A stretch of DNA of 40,023 bases, taken from NCBI GenBank assembly GCA_038883795.1, contig JAVZLK010000012.1, forward strand, positions 1 through 40,023, written 5' to 3'. This document shows, piece after piece, positions 1-8,391 of the stretch (position 1 is its first letter; every line of letters begins with the position of its first letter). A program made the position numbers and the translations under genes. This DNA is from Candidatus Bathyarchaeia archaeon (GTDB taxonomy: Archaea; Thermoproteota; Bathyarchaeia; Bathyarchaeales; Bathycorpusculaceae). The notes beneath the pieces are model-generated. The model was not told the origin of the DNA. It saw only the letters and a program-made list of their open reading frames with translations, and made no database searches.

Positions 1-294
1 CTTTTTCTCATCCTGGAAGGCCGCAAAACTCAAACCAGACGCTTAAAGCCCCTATGGAAGGAAGGCTGCATCTACCCAATCATGGACGATTATTCGGAAG
101 GCCCTAAGGCTTACGTCAAAATAGTTAGATGTTGGCAGCAGCGCCTAGGCGACATAACCCCAGAAGAAGCCAAAGCAGAAGGCTTCAACAGCCTAGAAGA
201 GTTTAAGGCAACATGGATTAGGCTTTATGGCTTCTGGCAGCCAGAAATATTCGTTTACGCCATTGAATTCCAACTCATAAAAACAGCCGAATAG
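1..294 (+). CDS. ASCH domain protein (5'-truncated by window edge)
   Basis: The frame is open from nt 1 into the 82..294 ORF: LFLILEGRKTQTRRLKP... GxKxxxRR motif, then LGDITPEEAKAEGF and VYAIEF, typical of ASCH/PUA-like proteins common in mobile elements. Confidence 0.85.
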   Translation, partial: LFLILEGRKTQTRRLKPLWKEGCIYPIMDDYSEGPKAYVKIVRCWQQRLGDITPEEAKAEGFNSLEEFKATWIRLYGFWQPEIFVYAIEFQLIKTAE

Positions 295-447
295 GGGAGC
301 CCCAGAGAGCCAGTCGGAGGAACCCCCAAGTTCCAGAAGCCGAATAGCCCCCCAGAGCTCCCAGCCAATATTCTGAACTCAAGTCATAGATAAGTTTTAA
401 ATGCAGAAGCCACCATAACATAGAGACTGCAAGGAGGAACCCCTAAG

Positions 448-657
448 ATGGAGGAAAAAGACGAGAAGTCAGACAAGCAGTCAGACAAGAAGCTAAACGA
501 CACCCAGACCCAGAGCAAAAACGAGACCCAGAGCCAACAACCAAGAGAGGAAGAACAGAAGAAGGGTTCAAATCCCAGCTACCCCACCATCCTTTGGATA
601 AAACCCCCGCGTTTACTTGCGCTTTCTGTAAAGCTTAACGTCATTATAACGCCTTAA
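448..657 (+). CDS. small ORF read through a tRNA-derived att-like sequence; possible N-terminal fragment of a partitioned integrase
   Basis: TATA-like TTTTAAAT near 394-401 and AGGAGG before the ATG. A low-complexity charged N-terminus is followed by GSNPSYPT, encoded by the tRNA 3'-end copy at 564-589. Confidence 0.45.
   Translation: MEEKDEKSDKQSDKKLNDTQTQSKNETQSQQPREEEQKKGSNPSYPTILWIKPPRLLALSVKLNVIITP
564..589 (+). mobile_element. putative attachment site (attR-like): copy of a tRNA 3' end
   Basis: GGGTTCAAATCCCAGCTACCCCACCA = partial T stem, canonical T loop TTCAAAT, CCCAG, 7-nt acceptor strand CTACCCC, discriminator A, CCA. No 5' tRNA half upstream. Sequence is visibly C/A-rich before and T-rich after. 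Confidence 0.75.
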
Positions 658-750
658 AATATTCTTTGTTGATTGTTAAGCGGGGCGTTGAGTCTTGAAA
701 TATGTTAGTTGCGGCTACGAATTATAATAATTTGAAAAGGACTTTTGATT

Positions 751-1365
751 TTAAGTCTTTTGAATTGCCTTCCTTACATCTGTAAATATTGATGCTAAGA
801 ATATGGCTAGCATTAATAGGTGTGGGATTATAAGCGCGGCTGGCACTCTTAAAGGGAATGCAAGGAATGATGGTAAAAGGACGGTTAACGTTGGAATAAC
901 TAAGATTATATTTGAGTTGTTGGGTTTAAGTAGTAATTGTAAATCCCTAGCTTTCAACATTCCAATGAGCATTGCCATTAACATTGTCCACTCAGCTATG
1001 ATGTTTGCTAGGCTTTCAATATCCATACCTGTTCCATAAAGTTGGGTGGTTAAGGGCCAGAATAGTTGCACGTTTCCTGTTATGAAATCTCCTAATAACG
1101 AATGTTGAAGAAGGGCGGCCAGATACGGGAATGCACCCTTTCCAAATAGAACGATTGCTGGAATAAAAATGACGATAGTTGTTAAAATTGAATGGAATGG
1201 GCCGCGGTGCTCGACAAACGGGATTAATAGGTCGATATCTGGAGCTACGGAGAGGGTTAGAACTAGTGGCACGTTGATTTTCGTCTTTGTCAAATTTCCG
1301 GCCAATTTTGCGGTTAGATATCCTAAGGCGAAGTGGCCTATGGCGTACGATTTAATTCCCACCAA
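751..1365 (-). CDS. membrane-bound metal-dependent hydrolase (YdjM/DUF457-like)
   Basis: GH near the N-terminus, PDID, HRGPFHS, HSLLGD and LFWP motifs, and multiple hydrophobic segments. Confidence 0.85.
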   Translation of the reverse strand: MVGIKSYAIGHFALGYLTAKLAGNLTKTKINVPLVLTLSVAPDIDLLIPFVEHRGPFHSILTTIVIFIPAIVLFGKGAFPYLAALLQHSLLGDFITGNVQLFWPLTTQLYGTGMDIESLANIIAEWTMLMAMLIGMLKARDLQLLLKPNNSNIILVIPTLTVLLPSFLAFPLRVPAALIIPHLLMLAIFLASIFTDVRKAIQKT

Positions 1366-1527
1366 TTTTGTTTGTTAGCCTAGTAACATGCAGACCCTCA
1401 TTAATATAGCTAATTGCAATACTTTCAACCAAGTTTAGCGCATAACGCGTTGTTTGCCCCTTTAGAGCAAGTTTTTAATAGTTCATATGCCAAGAAACTA
1501 ATTAATTTTCCTAAGGGTTTGAAGCTC

Positions 1528-1788
1528 ATGGGGGGTAGAAGAAGGGGGGAAGTTCAGATTCTAACCGATATTCTAACCCTGTCTTTGAAGGAGGTGAAAA
1601 TGACTCATTTAATGTATAAGGCAAATTTAAGCTATTCAACTCTTCATAGATATCTTAACGTTGCTTTAAAACGAGATTTGATTAGGAAAGTTTGTAAAGA
1701 TGATGGTTCTGTTGTTTATTGTATTACGGAAAAGGGTAGGCTCCTCTTGGAAAGGCTTAAAGACATTAAGTATGCCCTACAATCCTAA
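1528..1788 (+). CDS. winged helix-turn-helix regulator (archaeal HTH_45-like)
   Basis: RRRGEVQILTDIL...THLMYKANLSY...YL...LI...Y.ITEKGR. Start placed at ATG 1528 rather than the ORF-track start 1414. Confidence 0.85.
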   Translation: MGGRRRGEVQILTDILTLSLKEVKMTHLMYKANLSYSTLHRYLNVALKRDLIRKVCKDDGSVVYCITEKGRLLLERLKDIKYALQS

Positions 1789-1793
1789 TAAGG

Positions 1794-2156
1794 TTAGGTT
1801 AATTCGCTTATGGCAATTTCCTTTAGTCTAGCTTTTAACCTAACCTTTAGCTCCAAATCTCTAGTGGTGTAGTTTCCGATAATCATGTCCTGTATTTTTA
1901 TTTCTCCATACTTTGGCAGAATTATTTCTCCAATAGGCGGCTTGCTTTTTTCAATTTTTTGGTTTAAGTTCAGCAGCCATCTTGAAACTTTTACCTCCCC
2001 TGTTTTGGCGTTATATTCCACAAGGTTGTACCGGCTTAGATCCGTTAGAATTAGGTGAAGCTGCTCCTTTGGGATCTCTGTTTCCTTAACTAACTGCCTA
2101 ATGTTTTTTGTTTTCTGCTCTTCGATGAGTGTTAAAAGGTCTGCAACCGTTACCAT
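1794..2156 (-). CDS. hypothetical protein with N-terminal wHTH-like domain
   Basis: NIRQLVKETEIPKEQLHLILTDLSRYNLVEY has wHTH spacing; beta-rich C-terminal half. Confidence 0.6.
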   Translation of the reverse strand: MVTVADLLTLIEEQKTKNIRQLVKETEIPKEQLHLILTDLSRYNLVEYNAKTGEVKVSRWLLNLNQKIEKSKPPIGEIILPKYGEIKIQDMIIGNYTTRDLELKVRLKARLKEIAISELT

Positions 2157-2391
2157 AGGTTTAAATTTGCGCCCAGCTATATTAAGGGTTAGGAATTTTT
2201 CGTCTATCTAAGATTTGACAGTTTTGTAGAAGAATAGAGAATTTGTCTAGACAACTATCCTAGATTTTTCATACTTATCCATTTAAATACTCGTTTTTGA
2301 ATTTTAATTGGGTGGCGGGGAAAGGACGAGAGATTTCAACGATAAGCCTCTAACCTTTTCGTGTCCGCTTCCGTCAGGGAGGGACTTTATA

Positions 2392-2784
2392 GTGGAGAAC
2401 GTTGTGAATAAAGAATTCGTGGAGGAGCTTAAAAAGGAATGGCGGACTCTGTGGCGGGAGCGGATAGACGATAGGGTTAGGGCTGAAGCCGTAGCTAACC
2501 GCGATTACAGTTCGCTGTTTGTTGAGCGGGGCACTGTGATATTTGCCACAAGAAGGTTTAAGCTGCTAAGCCTTAAAGAAATTTTGCAGATGCATGGCAT
2601 TTTAGACGCAGAAAAGTTTGTTCCGCCTAATCCAGCCGTTGGCGGTTGGGGAAAATTCATAAGAACTGTAATAGCTAACCAGCAATGTCCAAAGCGCAAA
2701 AAAAGAGCGCAACAGTATGGGGAAGGCGAAAAAGGGAAGCAGCAGCTGAAAAAGGGCGGAAGGGGCTGGCTTCACATAATCTAA
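2392..2784 (+). CDS. hypothetical basic protein
   Basis: Part of ORF 2308..2784. The GTG at 2392 follows SD-like GGGAGGG. Trp-rich N-terminus and basic C-terminus (KKGGRGWLH). No family recognised. Confidence 0.65.
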   Translation: MENVVNKEFVEELKKEWRTLWRERIDDRVRAEAVANRDYSSLFVERGTVIFATRRFKLLSLKEILQMHGILDAEKFVPPNPAVGGWGKFIRTVIANQQCPKRKKRAQQYGEGEKGKQQLKKGGRGWLHII

Positions 2785-2842
2785 ACAGTCACTGAGCAGC
2801 ATCCCCGTCTCTTCTTCAAGAAAGCTCGGTTCACGGTGGGAT

Positions 2843-3166
2843 TTGGTTTTGGGCAGCTATAGGAGTAGATTGGACATTATAGCCGACATTCTCTCAGTCG
2901 TTAGAGGCAATGGAAAGGCTAAAAAGACGCAGATCATGTACGGCGCAAATCTTAGCTATGCCGTTTTGACGCGCTACTTGGCTGAGGTTCTAAATGCCTG
3001 CCTCATAAAATTTGAAAGAAGCAAACGCTGTTATGTTCTAACGGAGAAGGGAAGAAAGTTCCTTGAACATTACCGCGAGTATTCTAAGCGGAATAGGCAT
3101 GTGGAACGCCAACTAGAGACCGTTAACGCGAAAAGGAGGGTTCTTGAAGAACTCTGTTCAACCTAA
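2843..3166 (+). CDS. winged helix-turn-helix regulator (archaeal HTH_45-like)
   Basis: RSRLDIIADIL...KKTQIMYGANLSY..L..YL...Y.LTEKGRKFL signature, with a C-terminal coiled-coil-like tail. Confidence 0.9.
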   Translation: MVLGSYRSRLDIIADILSVVRGNGKAKKTQIMYGANLSYAVLTRYLAEVLNACLIKFERSKRCYVLTEKGRKFLEHYREYSKRNRHVERQLETVNAKRRVLEELCST

Positions 3167-3650
3167 ATCTGTTAAGGTGAAATTATTGCAGTTTTCAAAA
3201 ATTTTGATGGTTATGCTCCTATTTTCGGCAACTCTTTTTGTATCGCCTGCCGCTTGCCCCAGCCAAAGTGAAGCTGAATCGCAGATCCAGTTGGCTGAGG
3301 AAGAGGTTCTTAACTGTTATAGGGCTATTTATGAAGCTGAAAAGGCTGGAGCCAATGTGAGCGATTTGCTAAATAGCTTAAATGAGGCTGGATGGCTTTT
3401 ATCCCAAGCTAAACACGCCTATAATCGTGGAGATTATGACTTGGCGTTTTCCCTTGCAAACCAAAGCCTAACAGAATTAGAAGGGTTTATTGAAAAAGCA
3501 AACAGTTTAAGGATGAGTGCTGAGCAAGCTCGCTTTTTTGATTTCATGGTCAATTTTGTGGGTTCAGCTGTAGGCGCCCTAGCTATCGTTGTATGCGGCT
3601 ATGGTGTTTGGCTTAGCCTAAAAAAGAGAGAAAAAGCCGTGAAGGTATAA
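3144..3650 (+). CDS. exported helical protein with C-terminal membrane anchor
   Basis: N-terminal signal-like hydrophobic stretch, amphipathic helices (EAEKAGANVSDLL), C-terminal TM followed by KKREK. Start uncertain. Confidence 0.7.
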   Translation: MKNSVQPKSVKVKLLQFSKILMVMLLFSATLFVSPAACPSQSEAESQIQLAEEEVLNCYRAIYEAEKAGANVSDLLNSLNEAGWLLSQAKHAYNRGDYDLAFSLANQSLTELEGFIEKANSLRMSAEQARFFDFMVNFVGSAVGALAIVVCGYGVWLSLKKREKAVKV

Positions 3651-3653
3651 GTT

Positions 3654-4274
3654 TTGAAGATTAGCGAGTATTGGCTTCTCTATTGGACGGTTGTTGGCGT
3701 TTCAGCCTTACTTGCAGCCTCGCCTTTTCTCAGCAAGATATTGGTTTATCCCAGAACAGAATTCTTCACCGAATTTTGGATTTTGGACGCGAATCATAGG
3801 GCTGAAAATTATCCGTTTAACATTTCACGCAATCAAAATTACACCATTTATTTGGGTATCGGCAACCGTTTAGGCTACTGCGCCTACTATATGGTTCAAG
3901 TGAAGTTTTTAAACTGGTCACAGCTAGATCTTATGCCGACCCGTTTTGGACCTATTGAAGAGCGTCTTCCAAGCAGTTTGCCATCACTTTTCAACTTTAC
4001 AGCCTTTGTGGCTGACGAGCATGTTTACGAAATTCCCATAACATTCTCATTCAATTATACTTGGGATCAGCCGCCGTCAAAGGTTGAGCTTTTAAGTTTA
4101 AGGTTTAATGGTGTGTTGCTAAACATGAGTGACTACACGATATCATGCAATGCTGAGAAGGTTGAGTTTCGTGGTTTTCTGTTTTTTGAGCTATGGTTGT
4201 ATAACCATTCGGCTGGCGGTTTTCTGTATCATGGGCGTTTTGTTGGATTATGGTTTAACATGACGGTTAGCTAA
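3654..4274 (+). CDS. DUF1616 family membrane protein
   Basis: N-terminal TM followed by FTEFWIL...AENYP and LGIGNRLG...Y.V.VK motifs; many N-x-S/T sequons. Confidence 0.75.
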   Translation: MKISEYWLLYWTVVGVSALLAASPFLSKILVYPRTEFFTEFWILDANHRAENYPFNISRNQNYTIYLGIGNRLGYCAYYMVQVKFLNWSQLDLMPTRFGPIEERLPSSLPSLFNFTAFVADEHVYEIPITFSFNYTWDQPPSKVELLSLRFNGVLLNMSDYTISCNAEKVEFRGFLFFELWLYNHSAGGFLYHGRFVGLWFNMTVS

Positions 4275-5282
4275 GTGTTTAAGATGGAAACGGAGCTGAG
4301 GGTTGCTGTTGTTGGTTTCGGCAAGATGGGTATGTTACATGCTGGCATTTTGAATGTCTTGCCAAGGGTGAAGCTTGTCGCCATTTGTGAAAAAAGTGGT
4401 TTGGTTCGAAAGTTTTTGAAAAAGGCTGTTAGGAATGTACAAGTCACGGATTGTGTAGAAAAGCTTGCTGGGCTTAGTTTAGACACTGTTTATGTGACTA
4501 CACCTATAGCATCGCATTTTCCAGTTGTTAAAAGCCTCTATGAACGCGGCGCCTGCTGCAATCTTTTTGTGGAGAAGACTCTTGCCTCAAACTTTAAAGA
4601 AGCTCAGGAGCTTTGCGATTTTACGCGAAAGTTTGGAGGCGTCAACATGGTTGGTTATATGCGGCGTTTCTCCGCCACATTTATGAAAGCAAAAAATTTG
4701 TTAGATGAAGGCGCTATTGGCAAACCAATTTCTTTTAAAGCGTATGCCTATTCCTCTGACTTTTTCGGTTTTGATGAAAATTCGAAGGTTCAAACGCCAA
4801 ATGATGGAGTCGTTAGGGATTTGGGCTGTCACGCTTTGGATTTAGCCTTATGGTTTTTTGGAGATTTATGGGTTAAAGATGCAAAAATTGAGTGTGTTGT
4901 GAACAATGGTTCTATGGATTCTGCCCATTTTAGCGTTAAGGCTTCAAGCGGTGTTACCGGCGAGTTTAATGTTTCATGGTGTGTTGACGGATACCGCATT
5001 CCTGAAGTAGGCTTTATGATTGAAGGTTCTGATGGCAGTCTAAACGTGAACGACGATGAATTAGAGGTAAGCCTCAAAAACGGAAAAAGGCAAAAGTGGT
5101 TTAGGCATGGTCTAGGCGACTTTGTTGGTTTTTGGCTTGGAAGCCCGGAATATTACCGCGAGGACAAGCGTTTCGTTGAGGCTGCTCTTCGAGGCGAACC
5201 CGCCGAGCCCTGTTTCGAAACAGCGGCGAAGGTTGACCGCTTGATAGATGAAGTTTTAGCTAAGGCTGGCCGAATTGAATAG
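4275..5282 (+). CDS. Gfo/Idh/MocA family oxidoreductase
   Basis: GFGKMG Rossmann motif, VTTP..SH, EKT (EKP variant), VGYMRRF, DLGCHALD. Confidence 0.9.
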   Translation: MFKMETELRVAVVGFGKMGMLHAGILNVLPRVKLVAICEKSGLVRKFLKKAVRNVQVTDCVEKLAGLSLDTVYVTTPIASHFPVVKSLYERGACCNLFVEKTLASNFKEAQELCDFTRKFGGVNMVGYMRRFSATFMKAKNLLDEGAIGKPISFKAYAYSSDFFGFDENSKVQTPNDGVVRDLGCHALDLALWFFGDLWVKDAKIECVVNNGSMDSAHFSVKASSGVTGEFNVSWCVDGYRIPEVGFMIEGSDGSLNVNDDELEVSLKNGKRQKWFRHGLGDFVGFWLGSPEYYREDKRFVEAALRGEPAEPCFETAAKVDRLIDEVLAKAGRIE

Positions 5283-6177
5283 TAAAGAAATGGTTTTGCT
5301 TGTTGGCGATAACCCGTTCCATGGAATAAGCCATCTTTCACAGGAGAGAAGCCGCGTTAGAGGGGACACGCCAACCAACCCCGAGTATGCGGCTAAGCTT
5401 ATAATGCTTTCAGTCCAGAACGGCGCCGACGGGTTCATGTTTTCTGTCAGCGAGAAAACCCTCTCAATTTTGGATGTTCTGCGGAAGAACGGCGAAAACA
5501 ACGGGTTACGCCTATATGCCATTGTCCCTTATGCTTACGAGTATGTTAGGCTGGCCTGTGCAGCTGGAGGAGTTCCAGGACTAGCCAAAAAGCTGGTTAA
5601 GGAAATTGTTTTTTCTGGGAACCTGCGCGCTGCAGCCTCGGGTCTAAATGGAGTTTTAAGGTCTGATTTGGCTTCGCTTGTTAAGACTTATCTGCTTTAT
5701 GAAGTTTCTAGGGTCAGGCATTCTGCAGGTGGAAAAGCCAAGCTTGAGTCTGTTTTGCTGCATCAGCTTATAACTGATTTGTGCCTCAGTTTAGGCCTAG
5801 ACTGGGTTTTTAGGTTCTATACTGAGTTTTTGCTGAAGGCTGGCATAATTCCCGGGTTTAACACTGGCAATTTTGCCTTTTTGGTGGAAAAGTTTAGGAA
5901 GTGGGACATAAACCTAAACGATGTTGTGATTGCTGCGCCGTTTAACAAGGTTGGCTTCCAAATGGTCCCTTCGAGGGAGGAATGCGAAAAAGTTTTGGGA
6001 AACATGCCAAAACCTAATGTTTTGGCTGTTAGCATCTTGGCGGCTGGCTATCTAAAGCCTGAAGAGGCTGTGGACTATATAGCGGGTTTGCCAAACATAA
6101 AAGGCGTGGCGGTAGGCGTCTCAAAAGAAAAGCATGCCACGGAAACTTTTAAGCTGTTAAGAGAGAAGCTCACATGA
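5275..6177 (+). CDS. conserved hypothetical protein, probable TIM-barrel/aldo-keto-reductase-like fold
   Basis: LLVGDNPFHGISH N-terminus, PFNKVGFQM and SILAAGYL motifs; overlaps the stop of the upstream oxidoreductase. Confidence 0.6.
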   Translation: MNSKEMVLLVGDNPFHGISHLSQERSRVRGDTPTNPEYAAKLIMLSVQNGADGFMFSVSEKTLSILDVLRKNGENNGLRLYAIVPYAYEYVRLACAAGGVPGLAKKLVKEIVFSGNLRAAASGLNGVLRSDLASLVKTYLLYEVSRVRHSAGGKAKLESVLLHQLITDLCLSLGLDWVFRFYTEFLLKAGIIPGFNTGNFAFLVEKFRKWDINLNDVVIAAPFNKVGFQMVPSREECEKVLGNMPKPNVLAVSILAAGYLKPEEAVDYIAGLPNIKGVAVGVSKEKHATETFKLLREKLT

Positions 6178-6189
6178 GCTTTTACTGCT

Positions 6190-6260
6190 GCCGGGGTGGC
6201 CGAGGATTTAGGCGGCAGCCTGCAGAGCTGCTTACGTTGGTGAAAATCCAACCCCCGGCT
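6190..6260 (+). tRNA. tRNA-Cys(GCA) with non-canonical D and T loops
   Basis: Acceptor GCCGGGG/CCCCGGC 7/7, D stem GCC/GGC, anticodon stem GCAGC/GCTGC with loop CTGCAGA (GCA at 6222-6224), 4-nt variable loop, T stem GTTGG/CCAAC with loop TGAAAAT, discriminator U (Cys identity element). CCA not encoded, no intron. Confidence 0.92.
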
Positions 6261-6319
6261 TCATATAATTTGAAGCATGATTTGGAGTCAAAGCAAGATT
6301 AATTGGTTGGGGTATTTTA

Positions 6320-7450
6320 TTGGCGTTTTCTTTGCGTGTGATCAATAATGTCAATTCATTTCTCAAGATAAGGGATAAATGGAATGCTTTTATAATTGGT
6401 AATAGCAATAACCCCTTTCTTTTATGTGAGTTTGTCAAAGGGTTTATGAATCTTGCTTTTTCAAAAAAGTGGCATCCGTTGATTTTCGTTGCATTTTCTA
6501 GCGGGGAAATTGTTGGTATGGCGCCTTTTGTCTTAAAAAGACGTTTTAATGCCTTTTCAGCAGGTTTTCTTTACGCGTCCCACTTTTCCCCAGATTTTCT
6601 TGTGAAGAATGAGTATAGGCGAAGTTTCTTAAACCGCGTGTTCACTTTATTATTTAGGTATTCAGGATGTAAGCTTTTAGATTTAATATTGCCCTCATCA
6701 TCTCCGAACGTTGGCGTTCTTAAATTAATTTGTAAAGAAAATCACATGAAGTTTTGTTCATCTTCCATGGTTTATTTGAGTCATTGCGTTGTTCCCGTTG
6801 AGAGGTCATGGAGCGATTTTGAGAAGATAATGGGAAGTAACTTTCGAAGGTATTTTAAACGAATTGAACGGAAAATGATGGAATCTGGTGGCTATGAAGT
6901 TATTTCTGTAAATAAATTTGATAATTCCGTGCTTGAAGATATCTTTTATGTTGAGCGAAGAAGCTGGAAGGAAAAATGGAGAAGGCAAAAAGGTATAAAT
7001 GCTGACGGAGAACTTATAAAAATTTTAGAAGGTATTAAAGAAATAGATTCTGAATTTTCAACCTTTAAATGGAATATTTGGCTTCTAAAAATTAATGGCG
7101 AGTTAGCATCCTATGCGCTTACTATACAGTTTAAAGACGTCGGATACGTGGTTAAGACATCTTTTAACGAAAAATTCCGGAATTATTACCCAGGTACTTA
7201 TTTAGTCAACGCGGCAGTTAGGGGTTTTTTTGAGCGTACAGCGGTAAAAATAATTGATTTTCAAACAAATCTTCCTTTTATGGAGAAATGGAAACCTATA
7301 ATTTACCCAAGAACAAGAATTATGATGGGACAAGGGAGTCTCTTCTCTTCCATAGCCAACATTTCAACGAACAAAGTTTTTTGTATCCTCAGGGATCAAT
7401 TAGTAGGTCCATTTATTGCTAAACTTCCTTACCTTCCTCTTAGTTTATAG
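6320..7450 (+). CDS. CelD/BcsL family GNAT (Acetyltransf_6; FemAB-like double-GNAT architecture)
   Basis: W near the N-terminus, NPFL, IVGMAPF, NFRRYFKRIERK, SWK, TSFNEKFRNYYPGTYL, DF...FMEKW. Confidence 0.8.
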   Translation: MAFSLRVINNVNSFLKIRDKWNAFIIGNSNNPFLLCEFVKGFMNLAFSKKWHPLIFVAFSSGEIVGMAPFVLKRRFNAFSAGFLYASHFSPDFLVKNEYRRSFLNRVFTLLFRYSGCKLLDLILPSSSPNVGVLKLICKENHMKFCSSSMVYLSHCVVPVERSWSDFEKIMGSNFRRYFKRIERKMMESGGYEVISVNKFDNSVLEDIFYVERRSWKEKWRRQKGINADGELIKILEGIKEIDSEFSTFKWNIWLLKINGELASYALTIQFKDVGYVVKTSFNEKFRNYYPGTYLVNAAVRGFFERTAVKIIDFQTNLPFMEKWKPIIYPRTRIMMGQGSLFSSIANISTNKVFCILRDQLVGPFIAKLPYLPLSL

Positions 7451-7462
7451 AAGATTCGCTTC

Positions 7463-7819
7463 TTGGAGATGTTGAGTTGTTTGAAAGCAAAAAGGTGTGA
7501 AAAGAATTCAAAGTTAAATTTAGTCCCTGGAGAGGTTGTTGAGGTTAAGACGGTCGATGAAATAATGAGTACTTTAGATGAAAAGGGAACTTTAGAAGGT
7601 TTACCATTCATGCCAGAGATGTATAAATACTGCGGCAAGAGATTCAAAGTTTTCAAGCGAGTTAACAAGCTAATTATAGAAGGATTAGGCACGTTACGAA
7701 AAATTGAGAATGTTGTAATTCTTGAAAAAGCAATTTGCAGCGGGGAATACCATGGCGGTTGTAAGAGGTCATGTATGTTGTTGTGGAAGGAAGCATGGTT
7801 AAAGAGGGCAAATCCATAA
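7463..7819 (+). CDS. Cys-rich SH3-like repeat protein, first repeat (probably 5' part of a frameshifted two-repeat gene)
   Basis: LNLVPGEVVEVK...TLD..G...GLPFMPEMYKYCGKRFKVFKRV...CSGEYHGGCKRSC...WKEAWLKR; strongly similar to the C-terminal half of 7771..8391. Confidence 0.75.
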   Translation: MEMLSCLKAKRCEKNSKLNLVPGEVVEVKTVDEIMSTLDEKGTLEGLPFMPEMYKYCGKRFKVFKRVNKLIIEGLGTLRKIENVVILEKAICSGEYHGGCKRSCMLLWKEAWLKRANP

Positions 7820-8391
7820 AAGCCAAGGAAAACAAAGATAAGCCTTTTAGCTGTGCTGAAAACGAGTTTAGTTGCCAATTTACGAATTTAATCAAAGCTA
7901 CTAAACCTATCAGCGCTTGGGATTTCCGTCATTATTTTTGGGAAGCAAAATCTGAAACACGCGACGGGATATTGCAGCTCTTGTCTAGGATGGTCAAGCC
8001 CTTTAAGATTAAAATAGACCTATTTTTTAAATCAGAAAAATATTATTTGAAAAGCAGAAGAAAAACCACGCCAACGGAATCATTAAACCTAAAACCTGGA
8101 GAATTCGTTGAAGTTAAAAGTATAAAGGAAATACTTAAAACACTTGATTCAAGGGGAAGAAATCGCGGATTGGAGTTCATGCCAGAAATGCTGAAATATT
8201 GTGGCAAACGTTTTAGGGTTTTCAAAAGAGTTGATAAGATGATTGATGCTACAGGACGCATTAGGCCGATACATAACACCGTTATTTTGGATGGGGTGAC
8301 TTGTGATGGATCAGCTCATAGAGGCTGTCAGAAAACCTGTTTCTGTCTTTGGAGGGAAATTTGGCTTAAAAGAGTTGGTCAAGACAGATGA
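7771..8391 (+). CDS. Cys-rich SH3-like repeat protein, linker plus second repeat (probably 3' part of the same gene)
   Basis: Overlaps the previous ORF in the -1 frame. Linker FSCQFTNLIKATKPISAWD, then LNLKPGEFVEVK...FMPEMLKYCGKRFRVFKRV...CDGSAHRGCQKTC...WREIWLKRV. Confidence 0.75.
   Translation: MYVVVEGSMVKEGKSIKAKENKDKPFSCAENEFSCQFTNLIKATKPISAWDFRHYFWEAKSETRDGILQLLSRMVKPFKIKIDLFFKSEKYYLKSRRKTTPTESLNLKPGEFVEVKSIKEILKTLDSRGRNRGLEFMPEMLKYCGKRFRVFKRVDKMIDATGRIRPIHNTVILDGVTCDGSAHRGCQKTCFCLWREIWLKRVGQDR

Noticed and set aside
564-589. Complete tRNA gene
   Set aside because: Only the T loop, 3' T-stem strand and acceptor 3' strand are present; upstream sequence gives no D arm, anticodon arm or 5' acceptor strand.
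6240-6260. Site-specific integrative island at tRNA-Cys
   Set aside because: No duplicate of the tRNA-Cys 3' end and no integrase found downstream within the window.
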